Shown one piece after another: positions 41,704-51,066 of a stretch of DNA of 64,000 nt. The notes beneath the pieces are model-generated. The model worked only from the letters and a program-made list of their open reading frames with translations, ran no database searches and had not been told where the DNA came from. Within the stretch, counting starts at the first letter, position 1. Each line of letters begins with the position of its first letter. The position numbers and the translations under genes were made by a program. The stretch spans positions 64,001 to 128,000 of IMG/VR virus record IMGVR_UViG_3300037483_001116; one strand, 5' to 3'. This DNA comes from a virus.

Positions 41704-42398
41704 TGGCCACAGTATGTTTTACCCCCTTCAAGATTCCGCGGGTGCGGGTGACGCGGCTCAACTCCTGCGGCCAGGTCGTCACCGGCGACTGCTCCCAGGT
41801 CGTGTCCGACGGCATCATCTCCGTCGAAATGACCAAAAATTATGAGGACCGCGAAGAGTTCTTCGTCAAAAACGGTGACGGGACGTTCTGCGTCCGGGCT
41901 ACCAGCGCGCCGATTCTCAAGTGGATTGACCTGGTCCTGACGTTCTGCAACGTCGACCCCGACATCGTCAACATCGTCGCCAACGAGCCGCTATATGCAT
42001 CCGACGACGCAGCTGCGACAAAGATTGGCTACTCGGTCGACCAGGACTCCGCCTCTGGTGTGTTCTTCGCGCTGGAAGGCTGGACCCGGCTGACCGGCAC
42101 CTCACAGCTGTGCACCGGCGGCCAGGAGTTCGGATACTTCTTATGGCCGTTTGTTGTTGAGGGAACCATCGGTGACATGACCCTCGAAAACGGCGTTGCC
42201 AACTTTGTTGTTAACGCAAGGACCACGAACAACTCGCTGTGGGGCGTCGGTCCGTACAACGTGGACTACAGCGACGCGGTGCCGGGCTCGACAACGCCGA
42301 TTCCGATGCTGACGCCGATCACATCGACCCAGCATCAGCGCATGTTCATTACCAGGTTGGCACCACCTGCGGCCAGCTGTGGCTGCGCCGCGGTGTAA
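41703..42398 (+). CDS. major tail protein
   Basis: RVRVTRLNSCG..VSDGIISVEMT..LTFCNVDPD..FALEGW..GDMTLENG; size and synteny. Confidence 0.75.
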   Translation: MATVCFTPFKIPRVRVTRLNSCGQVVTGDCSQVVSDGIISVEMTKNYEDREEFFVKNGDGTFCVRATSAPILKWIDLVLTFCNVDPDIVNIVANEPLYASDDAAATKIGYSVDQDSASGVFFALEGWTRLTGTSQLCTGGQEFGYFLWPFVVEGTIGDMTLENGVANFVVNARTTNNSLWGVGPYNVDYSDAVPGSTTPIPMLTPITSTQHQRMFITRLAPPAASCGCAAV

Positions 42399-42407
42399 CG
42401 GAAATAC

Positions 42408-42725
42408 TTTGATGTCCAAAGGTCCCACCATCAGCTTCTGATAACTGCAACTAGTCCGAGGTGCAGGAGTCAATAGCGGGACCAGAAGTTCCTGCTGGTG
42501 CAACTAAAAATTCTGTGACCCGCGAAAGGCCACGGGGCCCGACTTGCTACGACAAGTAAAAAAAGTAAGGGCGAACCGCTAGGATTCTGGAAAGGGAGGT
42601 GGGCTATGGGCGCACACAACGTTGGTCCATCTCCTCTTTTAGTTCACACGAACAGATATTGAAGCTTCAAGCATCTGGCCCACGAAGACTCCGGTCATTG
42701 CCTGAGCGGAATCTTGAACATCAAG
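42408..42725 (+). ncRNA. candidate large structured ncRNA
   Basis: Ends pair with each other; at least 6 internal helices and two long-range pairings; G-U wobbles favour the plus strand. Confidence 0.6.
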
Positions 42726-42788
42726 AGAAAACCAGCAAGACGCAGGTAGTTGCCGCAGCAGACATAACCCGGGCGGAGGTGAGCCAGT

Positions 42789-44021
42789 ATGGCCAGGCTT
42801 CTTTATGCAGACCCGGGCTCGCAGCTGGTCTACAGGACTGTTGGTTCGCTACTGCGGTCAGCCGTCGGCAAGGTGGCCACCGTCTATGCTGACGCCGCCG
42901 CCACGACCCTTGCCGATATCGCCACCTACAACCCGCTGACCCCGACTGTGCCTGGCGCGGTTATTGCTACGTCAACTTTGACCGTTGACAGCAACTCGCT
43001 GCTGCCCTGGTTCTGGGGGCCGCTCACGGCTGTCGATACTCTGTGGGTAGTGGTAGACGGTGGTCCAATTACGCAGATCAATGCCTACTACGATCCGCGC
43101 ATCGACGCCTTGACGACGACGGCGCTGGGCACCGGAGTGCTGACCGGCGGCGAGCTGAACGCAAGTCTTACCCCATCCTCGCTTGACATCAGCGCGACCG
43201 TTGGCTTCATCACGGATTACACGACTACGCCCAGTACGCCCACTACCGAGCTGGTATCCATCCCAGCGCAGACGGTATTACTCAGCGACCTGGTTGGCAT
43301 TGTCACCTGGTGGATGATCGACTCTACTGGTGCGATTATCCAACAGGGCACAAGGCCGACGAATACCCAGCGTCGCACCCACATTCAACTGGGTGCCACC
43401 GCCCAGTCAGGCGGCGTGATCTTTGTTGATCAGAGCTTGCCCGTTGTACTGCCCCAGGTCGCCAACCAGCTCTATGACCTGATGTATGCGCTGGGGGCAT
43501 TCAACGCAGAGGGAAACATAATTTCTGCGGGCGCCACCGACTTGACCGTGGCTCGATCATCCGGCTCAGTGTTTAGCGTGTCGTCTAATCACTTCGCTGG
43601 ACCGGTATTGACCAACGATCCACATGTCACGGCCACTTCAGCGCTGAATCCAATCTTCATGATCTACGCTACCCGCTCAACGACCACAGTCCCAGCGGCT
43701 GTCACCAGCGTTGATCCCGCCAACTACGATCTCGCTGGAGTTGTCACCGCCATTGGGGGAAGCCCCAACAACGCCACAATTCAGAGAGTCTTTTTTGCGG
43801 CGGTCAATACGCCCCAGAACCAGGTCATCGTGCAGTACGGCCAACGGATCTATGTATCTCTGGCGGACGCGGTAGCTGCAGCTGGAAGTGATGTATTCGT
43901 CAAGAACCCGTTACTCGGCAACAGTGTCCTACTGGGGTATCTGTGCGTCTTGCGGGGTGCCACTAATCTGGCCGATACGGCGCAGGCCCAGTTTATCGTA
44001 GCGGGAAGGTTCATTCTCTGA
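42789..44021 (+). CDS. virion structural protein (fibre/decoration-like)
   Basis: Thr/Val/Ala-rich, beta-type sequence in the structural operon; GGAGG RBS. Confidence 0.7.
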   Translation: MARLLYADPGSQLVYRTVGSLLRSAVGKVATVYADAAATTLADIATYNPLTPTVPGAVIATSTLTVDSNSLLPWFWGPLTAVDTLWVVVDGGPITQINAYYDPRIDALTTTALGTGVLTGGELNASLTPSSLDISATVGFITDYTTTPSTPTTELVSIPAQTVLLSDLVGIVTWWMIDSTGAIIQQGTRPTNTQRRTHIQLGATAQSGGVIFVDQSLPVVLPQVANQLYDLMYALGAFNAEGNIISAGATDLTVARSSGSVFSVSSNHFAGPVLTNDPHVTATSALNPIFMIYATRSTTTVPAAVTSVDPANYDLAGVVTAIGGSPNNATIQRVFFAAVNTPQNQVIVQYGQRIYVSLADAVAAAGSDVFVKNPLLGNSVLLGYLCVLRGATNLADTAQAQFIVAGRFIL

Positions 44022-44098
44022 CATGCCCGCTCCTACAGCCTTGATTCCGGCCAGCCCGTTGGGTGCCACTGCCCCATTCGGGGGGAGGTGCTGCCCTG

Positions 44099-44941
44099 AT
44101 GCCGATTCCGGCCGGCAGTTCCACTAGTCCGTTCACACCGGGGCCCTGCACCTGGCCCGATATCGGTACACAACTCTGCTGCGAAGACTGGGATACCTAT
44201 AGCGCAGCCCTGCGGGAGCAGGCCGCTACCTACGCCCGGATGGTCCTGTGGGCCGCGACCGGCCGCCAGTTCGGACTGTGTGAGCTGACCGTCAGGCCAT
44301 GCGGAAAGTTCTGCGAAGACTGCGGCTCCACCGGCTGGTACTACGACGGCATGGGCGCCTGGGCCCCATACATCTGGAATGGTGAATGGCACAACTGCTG
44401 GTGTGGCGGCAACGGTCCCGGCGGCTGCTGCACCTGCTCCCCAGACTGCCAGGTCTACTTGCCTGGGCCGGTCGCGGAGATCATCTCAGTCCGAGTCGGG
44501 GGCGAAAGTCTCAACGTCACCGGCGGCGACATCTTCGTCCTCGACCAGCAATGGCTCGTCCGGACCGATACCACTGCCTGCTGGCCCCAGTGTGCTGACC
44601 AGAATCTGGCGCCGGGCGACGTGGACGCGTTCGAGGTCACATACCTGCGTGGACTGGCGGTGCCGGACGCGTTAGCCCAGGCCTACGGGGTCTTGAGTTG
44701 TGAGTATGCGAAGGCATGCTTAGGTCTACCCTGTAGGCTGCCTGGACGAGTGTCGTCCCTTAGTCGCCAGGGGGTTTCAATCAGCATGGTCGATGTAAAT
44801 GACCTATTGAAATACGGACTAACGGGCATTCTTGAGGTCGACCAGATAGTCACGGCCATCAATCCATACTCCCTGAAGGGTCGAACGCGCTTTTTTTCAA
44901 GCGATATGCAAGACCCCCGACAGATAACATGGCCCGTATGA
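44099..44941 (+). CDS. head-to-tail adaptor (Cys-rich)
   Basis: LWAATGRQFGLC..VRPC; CRLPGRVSSLSRQGVS..TGILEVD..NPY. Confidence 0.75.
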   Translation: MPIPAGSSTSPFTPGPCTWPDIGTQLCCEDWDTYSAALREQAATYARMVLWAATGRQFGLCELTVRPCGKFCEDCGSTGWYYDGMGAWAPYIWNGEWHNCWCGGNGPGGCCTCSPDCQVYLPGPVAEIISVRVGGESLNVTGGDIFVLDQQWLVRTDTTACWPQCADQNLAPGDVDAFEVTYLRGLAVPDALAQAYGVLSCEYAKACLGLPCRLPGRVSSLSRQGVSISMVDVNDLLKYGLTGILEVDQIVTAINPYSLKGRTRFFSSDMQDPRQITWPV

Positions 44942-45519
44942 GGACCAAAGAATATCAAGCCCTCATCCGTCGCGGGTTTGACTATAGCGTCGGCGACCGA
45001 GACTGTATCCACCTCCACGGAATCAGGGGTGGTAAACACGGCGGCTATGTCTCAGTTCGCTGGAAGGGCGTCAGTAGGCCGGCCCATCGCGTCTCATATA
45101 CTGAATGGCATGGAGACATTCCGCCGGGCAGCCACATTGACCACACTTGCCACAATGAGGCTGCCGCTAGAGGCGAATGTGCTGGTGGCCTGACGTGCCT
45201 CCATCGAGGCTGTATCAACCCTATGCACTTAGAGGCTAAAACTCACCAAGAGAACATGCTTGCGTCGCCCCTGACGGCTCCCGGTCGTGGACCAGTGGGA
45301 TGGGCCGAGTCGCAAACCCAGAAAACTCACTGTCCTCAGGGTCACGAATATTCTGAGGCGAATACATACATTTGGCATCGACCGGAGACCTCCTACATCG
45401 CCCGTATGTGCAGATCATGTATTCGTGAACGCGCCAGGGAGCGTAGGGCAAACTCCTTAAAGGCGGGTCTGACCTCTAACGGAACCCCCTGGAAACGGAA
45501 GCCAAAGGAGCGCAAGTAA
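44929..45519 (+). CDS. HNH homing endonuclease
   Basis: AHRVSY..IDHTC..CINPMHLEAKTHQEN; KTHCPQGHEY..NTY..CRSC. Confidence 0.9.
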   Translation: MARMRTKEYQALIRRGFDYSVGDRDCIHLHGIRGGKHGGYVSVRWKGVSRPAHRVSYTEWHGDIPPGSHIDHTCHNEAAARGECAGGLTCLHRGCINPMHLEAKTHQENMLASPLTAPGRGPVGWAESQTQKTHCPQGHEYSEANTYIWHRPETSYIARMCRSCIRERARERRANSLKAGLTSNGTPWKRKPKERK

Positions 45520-45884
45520 TGGCGACCTCGTGGTCAAGTACGGCGGCCAACGTAGCACTCGATGCCCTTTTAGCAACGTATTCATTCATTAAGCTCCATG
45601 TCGGCTCCCCCGGCGCCGCTGGCACCTCGAACCCGGCCGTAGAGACCACCAGAATGCAGGCCACTTGGAGCGCGGCGGCGGCCGGCGCCTCCGCGAACAC
45701 GAACCTGTTGTCGTGGACCGCCGTGGCTGCGTCCGAGGACTATACCCATTTCTCGGTGTGGACGTTGAATGCGGCTGGCGTCTTCGGTTTTTCTGGAATC
45801 ATTACAGCAAATGCCGTGACGGCTGGCGACACTTTCCAGATTGCCATCGGAGATTTGGACGTCGTCCTTACTCTCGCCTCCTAG
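45519..45884 (+). CDS. virion structural protein
   Basis: LHVGSPGAAGT..THFSVW..AGDTFQIAIGDL, a common phage tail-associated pattern. Confidence 0.75.
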   Translation: MATSWSSTAANVALDALLATYSFIKLHVGSPGAAGTSNPAVETTRMQATWSAAAAGASANTNLLSWTAVAASEDYTHFSVWTLNAAGVFGFSGIITANAVTAGDTFQIAIGDLDVVLTLAS

Positions 45885-45929
45885 TATGATCTTGAATCTT
45901 GTTCCAGGTCTACGGAAGCGGGGTGACCA

Positions 45930-47342
45930 GTGAGCCGCCTATTTAATGGATCGTCCGACTTTATCACCTTCGCCGCTGGTGGCGCCGCCAATCTGCCCAC
46001 CGCTGCTTTGTCGACGGTCTTTTTATGGCGACCGAATGCCATTGACGCTGGCGGCCTTCTTGACGGACTAGACGGTGGTGCCGCCCGACGTATCGGCGCT
46101 AACACATTCGGCAATGACGTTTTCTTTGCCGTTGGTGGCGGTTTTACCTCCACCCCCTATAACACGTACCTCAACCAGTGGGCCATTCTTGGGTTCACTA
46201 AGCCGGCGGGCAACGGCCAGACGGTCCGAACCCACCTCTACCGCTACGACACGCTTACCTGGACTCACACTGATCTTGGCGCACTCGACTCGAACTTGGC
46301 CATCGCGTCAATCCTCGTGGGCTCGTTCAACCCCGGCGAGTTCCTCAACGGCAACCTCGCCGCCATTGGCCTATGGACCGGCACCGCCCTGGCTGATGCC
46401 ACATTTGAGGCTGGAACCGGTTTCCAAACGTCGCTGGCCAACTGGTTCAATGCGACGCCTTCGGTGCTGTGGCGCTTCAACCAAGCATCCACGGCGGACC
46501 CCGTCAACGACATCATGGCTTCTGGTGCTGATCAGACGGCCATCACTGGGACCACGGTCAGTGCGGAGGATCCGCCCGGCTTTAGTTACAACATTGCCGC
46601 TACGGTTGACGGTACCGGTGTGGCAGATCTTGGCTCTTTGTCGGCTGCCGCCACCGGCGGCGTCACCGTCGGTGGTGTTGCTACCGCGGACCTGGGGGTT
46701 CTGTCTGCTGGCGCTTCTGGCGGTGTCGTTGTTTCCGGTGTGGCGTTATCTGACCTCGGCCGCTTGGAGGCTACCGTGACCACGCCGGAACCGCCGGACC
46801 CGGACCGGTTTGTGTCTGTGCTGATGAATCAGCTGCTGGCGTGCTTGTGTGAGCAGGTGGCGTTGCAGGAGAACCCGCCACTGCACTGCTGCTTTCGGGT
46901 GGGTACTGAGATCGCCCATGACGCCGGGATCTTGCAGGATCTGTGCTGTGAGGGCGTCGCCTACGTGGCCCTCGGTGATACGTATCCGTCGTCGGATTCG
47001 TTCCCGGAGGCGGACATTGTCCGGCAGGCCAGCGCCCACTGCGCGCCGCAGACGTGGGCCCAGCAGTTCAAGGTGGGGATCATCCGCTGCGTCCCGACCG
47101 GGGACGAGTTCCTGCCGCCGAGCTGCACGGACTGGAACGCCGCGTCCCGACAGAACGTCATTGACGCTCAGACTCTGCGGCGGGTGGCATGCTGCATGCG
47201 GGACTTTGTGGTGAATAGTGCCGGGGACTTCTTGGGCATGTCGTTTGTGATCGAGCGTCAGTCGCAAGGCAATCCGCAGGGTGGCTGTGTGGAACGGTCG
47301 ATGACGTTGACGGCTCAGTTTATCAACGCAGATTGTTGTTGA
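45930..47342 (+). CDS. LamG/ConA-like domain fused to a neck/tail-terminator-like domain
   Basis: SRLFNGSSDFI..FLNGNLAAIGLW..LWRFN; repeat linker; C-terminal LLACLC..GIIRC..QGGCV. Confidence 0.65.
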   Translation: MSRLFNGSSDFITFAAGGAANLPTAALSTVFLWRPNAIDAGGLLDGLDGGAARRIGANTFGNDVFFAVGGGFTSTPYNTYLNQWAILGFTKPAGNGQTVRTHLYRYDTLTWTHTDLGALDSNLAIASILVGSFNPGEFLNGNLAAIGLWTGTALADATFEAGTGFQTSLANWFNATPSVLWRFNQASTADPVNDIMASGADQTAITGTTVSAEDPPGFSYNIAATVDGTGVADLGSLSAAATGGVTVGGVATADLGVLSAGASGGVVVSGVALSDLGRLEATVTTPEPPDPDRFVSVLMNQLLACLCEQVALQENPPLHCCFRVGTEIAHDAGILQDLCCEGVAYVALGDTYPSSDSFPEADIVRQASAHCAPQTWAQQFKVGIIRCVPTGDEFLPPSCTDWNAASRQNVIDAQTLRRVACCMRDFVVNSAGDFLGMSFVIERQSQGNPQGGCVERSMTLTAQFINADCC

Positions 47343-47345
47343 TCG

Positions 47346-47828
47346 ATGTCTAACTACCAGGTCTACGAAGCCCAGCTACTGAAGCAGACGGCCAGGATCA
47401 CCCGCCGGCAGGCAGACAAGGTCCTCAAGGCGGCGCAGGAAGAGGCCCGAGAAAACGCTCTTGTCGGCGAGTACAGCAAGGGCAACCTGGCCAAGACTAT
47501 CTACCGGAGCGGGCCGTTTGTCCGCGGCTACAGTGCGTCGGGGACAGTCGGCTCCCGGGCCCCATACGCCAAGGCGGTGGAGAAGGGCGCTCGGGTGCAT
47601 AACATCTTCCCCAAGGGCGCGCCGAAGCGTTACCGATTCGGCAGGGTTGAAGCGCCTGCACTCAAGTTTGTGTGGCGTGGCCGGACGGTGTACTTCAACC
47701 AAATCCCCGGCGCAAGAGGCACCGTGGGTCGCTCTCACCCCGGCCAAAAGGGGAAGCATTACCTGTCGCGGGCTCTGGTGAGCGTGGCGGCGCGGTACAA
47801 CCTACGAGTCATCATCCGCGACGTCTAG
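47346..47828 (+). CDS. tail completion protein (HK97 gp10-like)
   Basis: GNLAKTI..VGSRAPYAKAVEKG..ALKFVW..HPGQKGKHYLSRAL. Confidence 0.75.
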   Translation: MSNYQVYEAQLLKQTARITRRQADKVLKAAQEEARENALVGEYSKGNLAKTIYRSGPFVRGYSASGTVGSRAPYAKAVEKGARVHNIFPKGAPKRYRFGRVEAPALKFVWRGRTVYFNQIPGARGTVGRSHPGQKGKHYLSRALVSVAARYNLRVIIRDV

Positions 47829-47838
47829 TATCGGGCCC

Positions 47839-48186
47839 ATGACCAATCCTGACCCTGGGCGCGAGACCCAGATTGTCGATATGCATGGACGTAACGTTGT
47901 CGTCCGGAAACTTGCCGATACGCAGGTGATGCTACTGGCCCGCGAGTCTAAGATCTTGCAGCGTGATGACGTCGGCATGGACCGGAAGTTAGATGGCATC
48001 GACCGGATGTTTGCCATCCTGGAGTCGGTGGTTGTCCAGGCCGAGGACAAGAAGTATATGCAGGATTTGATGACGACTGGTGACCTGGACCTGCGGGAAC
48101 TGGTCAGTTTCGTGACGGTTTTCGAAGCCTCCGAGGACGAGAAGCCGGTTCGGGTGCGTCGTGGCCGGACGCCGGCCAAGCGGTAG
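47839..48186 (+). CDS. tail assembly chaperone-like protein
   Basis: Size and position upstream of the tape measure gene. Confidence 0.6.
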   Translation: MTNPDPGRETQIVDMHGRNVVVRKLADTQVMLLARESKILQRDDVGMDRKLDGIDRMFAILESVVVQAEDKKYMQDLMTTGDLDLRELVSFVTVFEASEDEKPVRVRRGRTPAKR

Positions 48187-48775
48187 TCGGTCCAGTTCCC
48201 GCGGCGGTCCGGACGAGTTGGCGCAGTCAGCCAAGGGTGTTGCGGTTCCCAGCCTGAATACGGATCCGGTGTGGTCACTGAAGCCGTGGCCAGCGGTGGT
48301 GCGGCTGGGGGGCCAGGAGTTTGAGTTGCCGGCGATGCCCGCGGCGGACTGGCTCGCGTATCTGATGCAGCCGGTCCCCGATGTTGAGGGTCTGGTCTTG
48401 GACTTTTTGGGCGCCGTCGACGACCTGATATATGCCGGGAAGGTCCAGGTCGAGGACCTTGATGAGGCGATGCTTGAGCTGATCTCAACGGTGTGTGCTC
48501 GGCCGTGGTGGGTGGCGTTGCGGCAGGTCAAGGTGGCCCGGGATGCGTGGCCTGTGCTGGGTCCGAAGCTGTTGGAGCGGATTGACCTGGAGCGGGTGTC
48601 CATTGCCGCTTTCCTGGACGTTTTGCTGACGGTCACGCTGGAATCTATGGACCCGAGGGACGTAGCCATGTTCGTATTGAGACTGGAGGCCGTTCCGGTG
48701 GAGCTGGCCCGGGACCTGCCGGCGCCGATTGAGTCAATGGAAATGGACCGTGGGTCCTTCCTTTCTATGCAGTGA
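48161..48775 (+). CDS. second tail assembly chaperone-like protein
   Basis: FELPAMPAADWL..RPWWVALR; directly precedes the tape measure gene. Confidence 0.6.
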   Translation: MAGRRPSGSRSSSRGGPDELAQSAKGVAVPSLNTDPVWSLKPWPAVVRLGGQEFELPAMPAADWLAYLMQPVPDVEGLVLDFLGAVDDLIYAGKVQVEDLDEAMLELISTVCARPWWVALRQVKVARDAWPVLGPKLLERIDLERVSIAAFLDVLLTVTLESMDPRDVAMFVLRLEAVPVELARDLPAPIESMEMDRGSFLSMQ

Positions 48776-48848
48776 TCGTTAGACTGTCTTCTGAGTGCCG
48801 CTGCCTTGTCTGCGCACACCACATTGAGTCTTGAGGGGTGGTGCTGTC

Positions 48849-51011
48849 GTGACTGGACCGGTTGGTGATGCCGTTGGTGTTGTCTACGCCGACGTCCGGT
48901 TCAGTGGCAAAAAGGCCCCCCAAGATGTTGCTGACATTCTCGATGATGCCGGCGACAGGGGTGACGCCGAGATGGCGGACATCGGCGACAAGTGGGGCGA
49001 TACCCTTGACGGCCATCTGAAGAAGAGTACGAGAGACACGGGTCGTGATGTAGCTCGTGGCATTTCCGCCGGCATCGAGCGCGAAGGCCTGAGGGTCACC
49101 AGCGAGACCCTCAGGTTGGACCGGGAAGGGAATGTTATCAGCCGCTGGGTGCGCTCAGTGGCTGATGATGCCGTGAAGGTGATCAAAAAGGAAGAGGCTT
49201 CGGGCGTTTTCGGAAAGGTCGGTAGCGCATTCACTGACGCCATCGGTGCTGGGTTCAATGTCTCAGGTAAGTCTCCGCTCATTGTCGCGCTGATCCCCGT
49301 CTTCGGCGAAATCGCCGGTCTCATCGCTGGCGCCATCCAGGCCGCTGGCGCTCTGTCGGCGTTATTGTTCATCATCCCCAACCTGGTGTTTTCTATTGGC
49401 CTTGAGGTCGGCGTCCTGTTCCTGGCCTTCAAGGGTCTCGGCGAGGCAATCCAGGGGGCGTTTGCGGCGACCAATGCTGATGAGCTGAAGAAGGCATTGG
49501 AGGGTTTGACTCCAGCGGCTCAAGGCTTTGTTAAGCAGTTGCTGCCGATGAGGGATCTATTCAGCCAGCTTAGGGACATTGCACAGGAGGGGTTCTTCTC
49601 CCAGTTGGGAGACATTCTCGCCCGGGTGTTCAACTCAAAGAGCCCGTTCTTTACGACTTTGAGTGCCAGCATCGGGCCATTGGCCAAGTCTCTGGGTGGG
49701 TTGGCCGCGCAGCTTATATCGTTCTTGGCCGACCCGGTGTTTCTTCGGTTCATCAATACGATCGTTCCCCAGATCACAAGCTGGCTGGACAAGTTCGGCC
49801 CCGCTATGACCACCTTTTTGGTTGGTTTGGCAAACATTGGAACAGTGGTTGGTCCTTTGTTTGAGTGGTTCGGCGACGTAGTCAATTCATCGCTGGCAGG
49901 CTTTGGGCAATGGTTATCAGACCTGTCGACGGACCAGGACTTTCTTGACTGGCTTGAAGAGGTAAAAGGCGACCTGGCCGCCGTTGGCGACTTCTTCAAA
50001 GAGGCCGGCATCTTCATCTTTGAGTTCGTCAAGCAGCTTGATGCGGCAGGCGGCGATAAAATCATCACCGACCTGACCGGCCAGCTTCAGCTGTTCACTG
50101 CCTATCTTGCCAGCGATGCGGGACAAAAGGCGATGGAGGGCCTTGTCCATGTGATCCAATCTTTGCTTGTCTCCTTTACCATACTTACCTTCAGCGTGTT
50201 TTTCTTCTTCACCGCCATAGAGGTTGTCGCTGAATATATTAGGCACAGGCTAATCCCAGATATCACAGCATTCTTCGAGTGGGTTGGCGGGGGAATCATG
50301 GGATTCGTCCACGCCGCCGGAGAGGCCATCAGCAACTTCTTCACCGTCACAATCCCGGGCCTCTTCTCCGACCTTCGCGCCTGGGTCAATAGCTGGACCG
50401 GCAACTTCTTCAACGAGATGGGCGCAAAGTTCTGGGAGCTTGTCGGGCTTATCGTTGGCGCATTTGGTTGGTTCATTGACCGGATAAGGCAGACCGCCGA
50501 AAACGTCAAACAGTGGGTCAGTGACCGTATCCAGGACGTAAGGGACCTTGTTGACCGCATCCGGGGCGCCGTCGGAGAGGCTGCACTCCAGTTCATAGGG
50601 ATCTTGTACAACGCTGGTCAGAACATTATCAACAGCCTTATCAACGGCATCACCTCAAGATTTTCGGCGATTGGTGACGCCATGAGTCGGGCGGCCACGA
50701 TGGTCCGGGGCTATCTCCCGTTCTCGCCGGCCAAGGAGGGGCCCCTGTCCGGCAGCGGTGACCCGCTCATTTCCGGACAGAAGATCATCCAGCGCCTCGC
50801 CAGTGGCATCGAGATGGAGACACCGGCACTGACTGGGGCCATGAGCAACGCCACGTCCAACGTGCTCATGGGAGCCGGGGCCGTACAGATGAACTTCTAC
50901 GGCCAGACCCCCTCTCAGCAAGAAGCCGCCAGCGTCGGCTCGGCCGCGGGGAACAGCTTCGCCAGCGTCCTGGCGGCACGTAACACACGCCTAGCGGTAA
51001 GGACAGCCTGA
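48849..51011 (+). CDS. tape measure protein
   Basis: Ala/Gly-rich amphipathic helices with W/F periodicity; C-terminal LPFSPAKEGPLSG. Confidence 0.85.
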   Translation: MTGPVGDAVGVVYADVRFSGKKAPQDVADILDDAGDRGDAEMADIGDKWGDTLDGHLKKSTRDTGRDVARGISAGIEREGLRVTSETLRLDREGNVISRWVRSVADDAVKVIKKEEASGVFGKVGSAFTDAIGAGFNVSGKSPLIVALIPVFGEIAGLIAGAIQAAGALSALLFIIPNLVFSIGLEVGVLFLAFKGLGEAIQGAFAATNADELKKALEGLTPAAQGFVKQLLPMRDLFSQLRDIAQEGFFSQLGDILARVFNSKSPFFTTLSASIGPLAKSLGGLAAQLISFLADPVFLRFINTIVPQITSWLDKFGPAMTTFLVGLANIGTVVGPLFEWFGDVVNSSLAGFGQWLSDLSTDQDFLDWLEEVKGDLAAVGDFFKEAGIFIFEFVKQLDAAGGDKIITDLTGQLQLFTAYLASDAGQKAMEGLVHVIQSLLVSFTILTFSVFFFFTAIEVVAEYIRHRLIPDITAFFEWVGGGIMGFVHAAGEAISNFFTVTIPGLFSDLRAWVNSWTGNFFNEMGAKFWELVGLIVGAFGWFIDRIRQTAENVKQWVSDRIQDVRDLVDRIRGAVGEAALQFIGILYNAGQNIINSLINGITSRFSAIGDAMSRAATMVRGYLPFSPAKEGPLSGSGDPLISGQKIIQRLASGIEMETPALTGAMSNATSNVLMGAGAVQMNFYGQTPSQQEAASVGSAAGNSFASVLAARNTRLAVRTA

Positions 51012-51066
51012 TGTGGGCTCGGTGAATTGATGGTTCATGTAGCGGAGAGATTTTGGTCAAAGGTGG

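Noticed and set aside
48100-48200. Programmed -1 frameshift between the tail assembly chaperones
   Set aside because: The second ORF is in the +1 frame, has its own GTG, and no slippery heptamer is visible near the first stop
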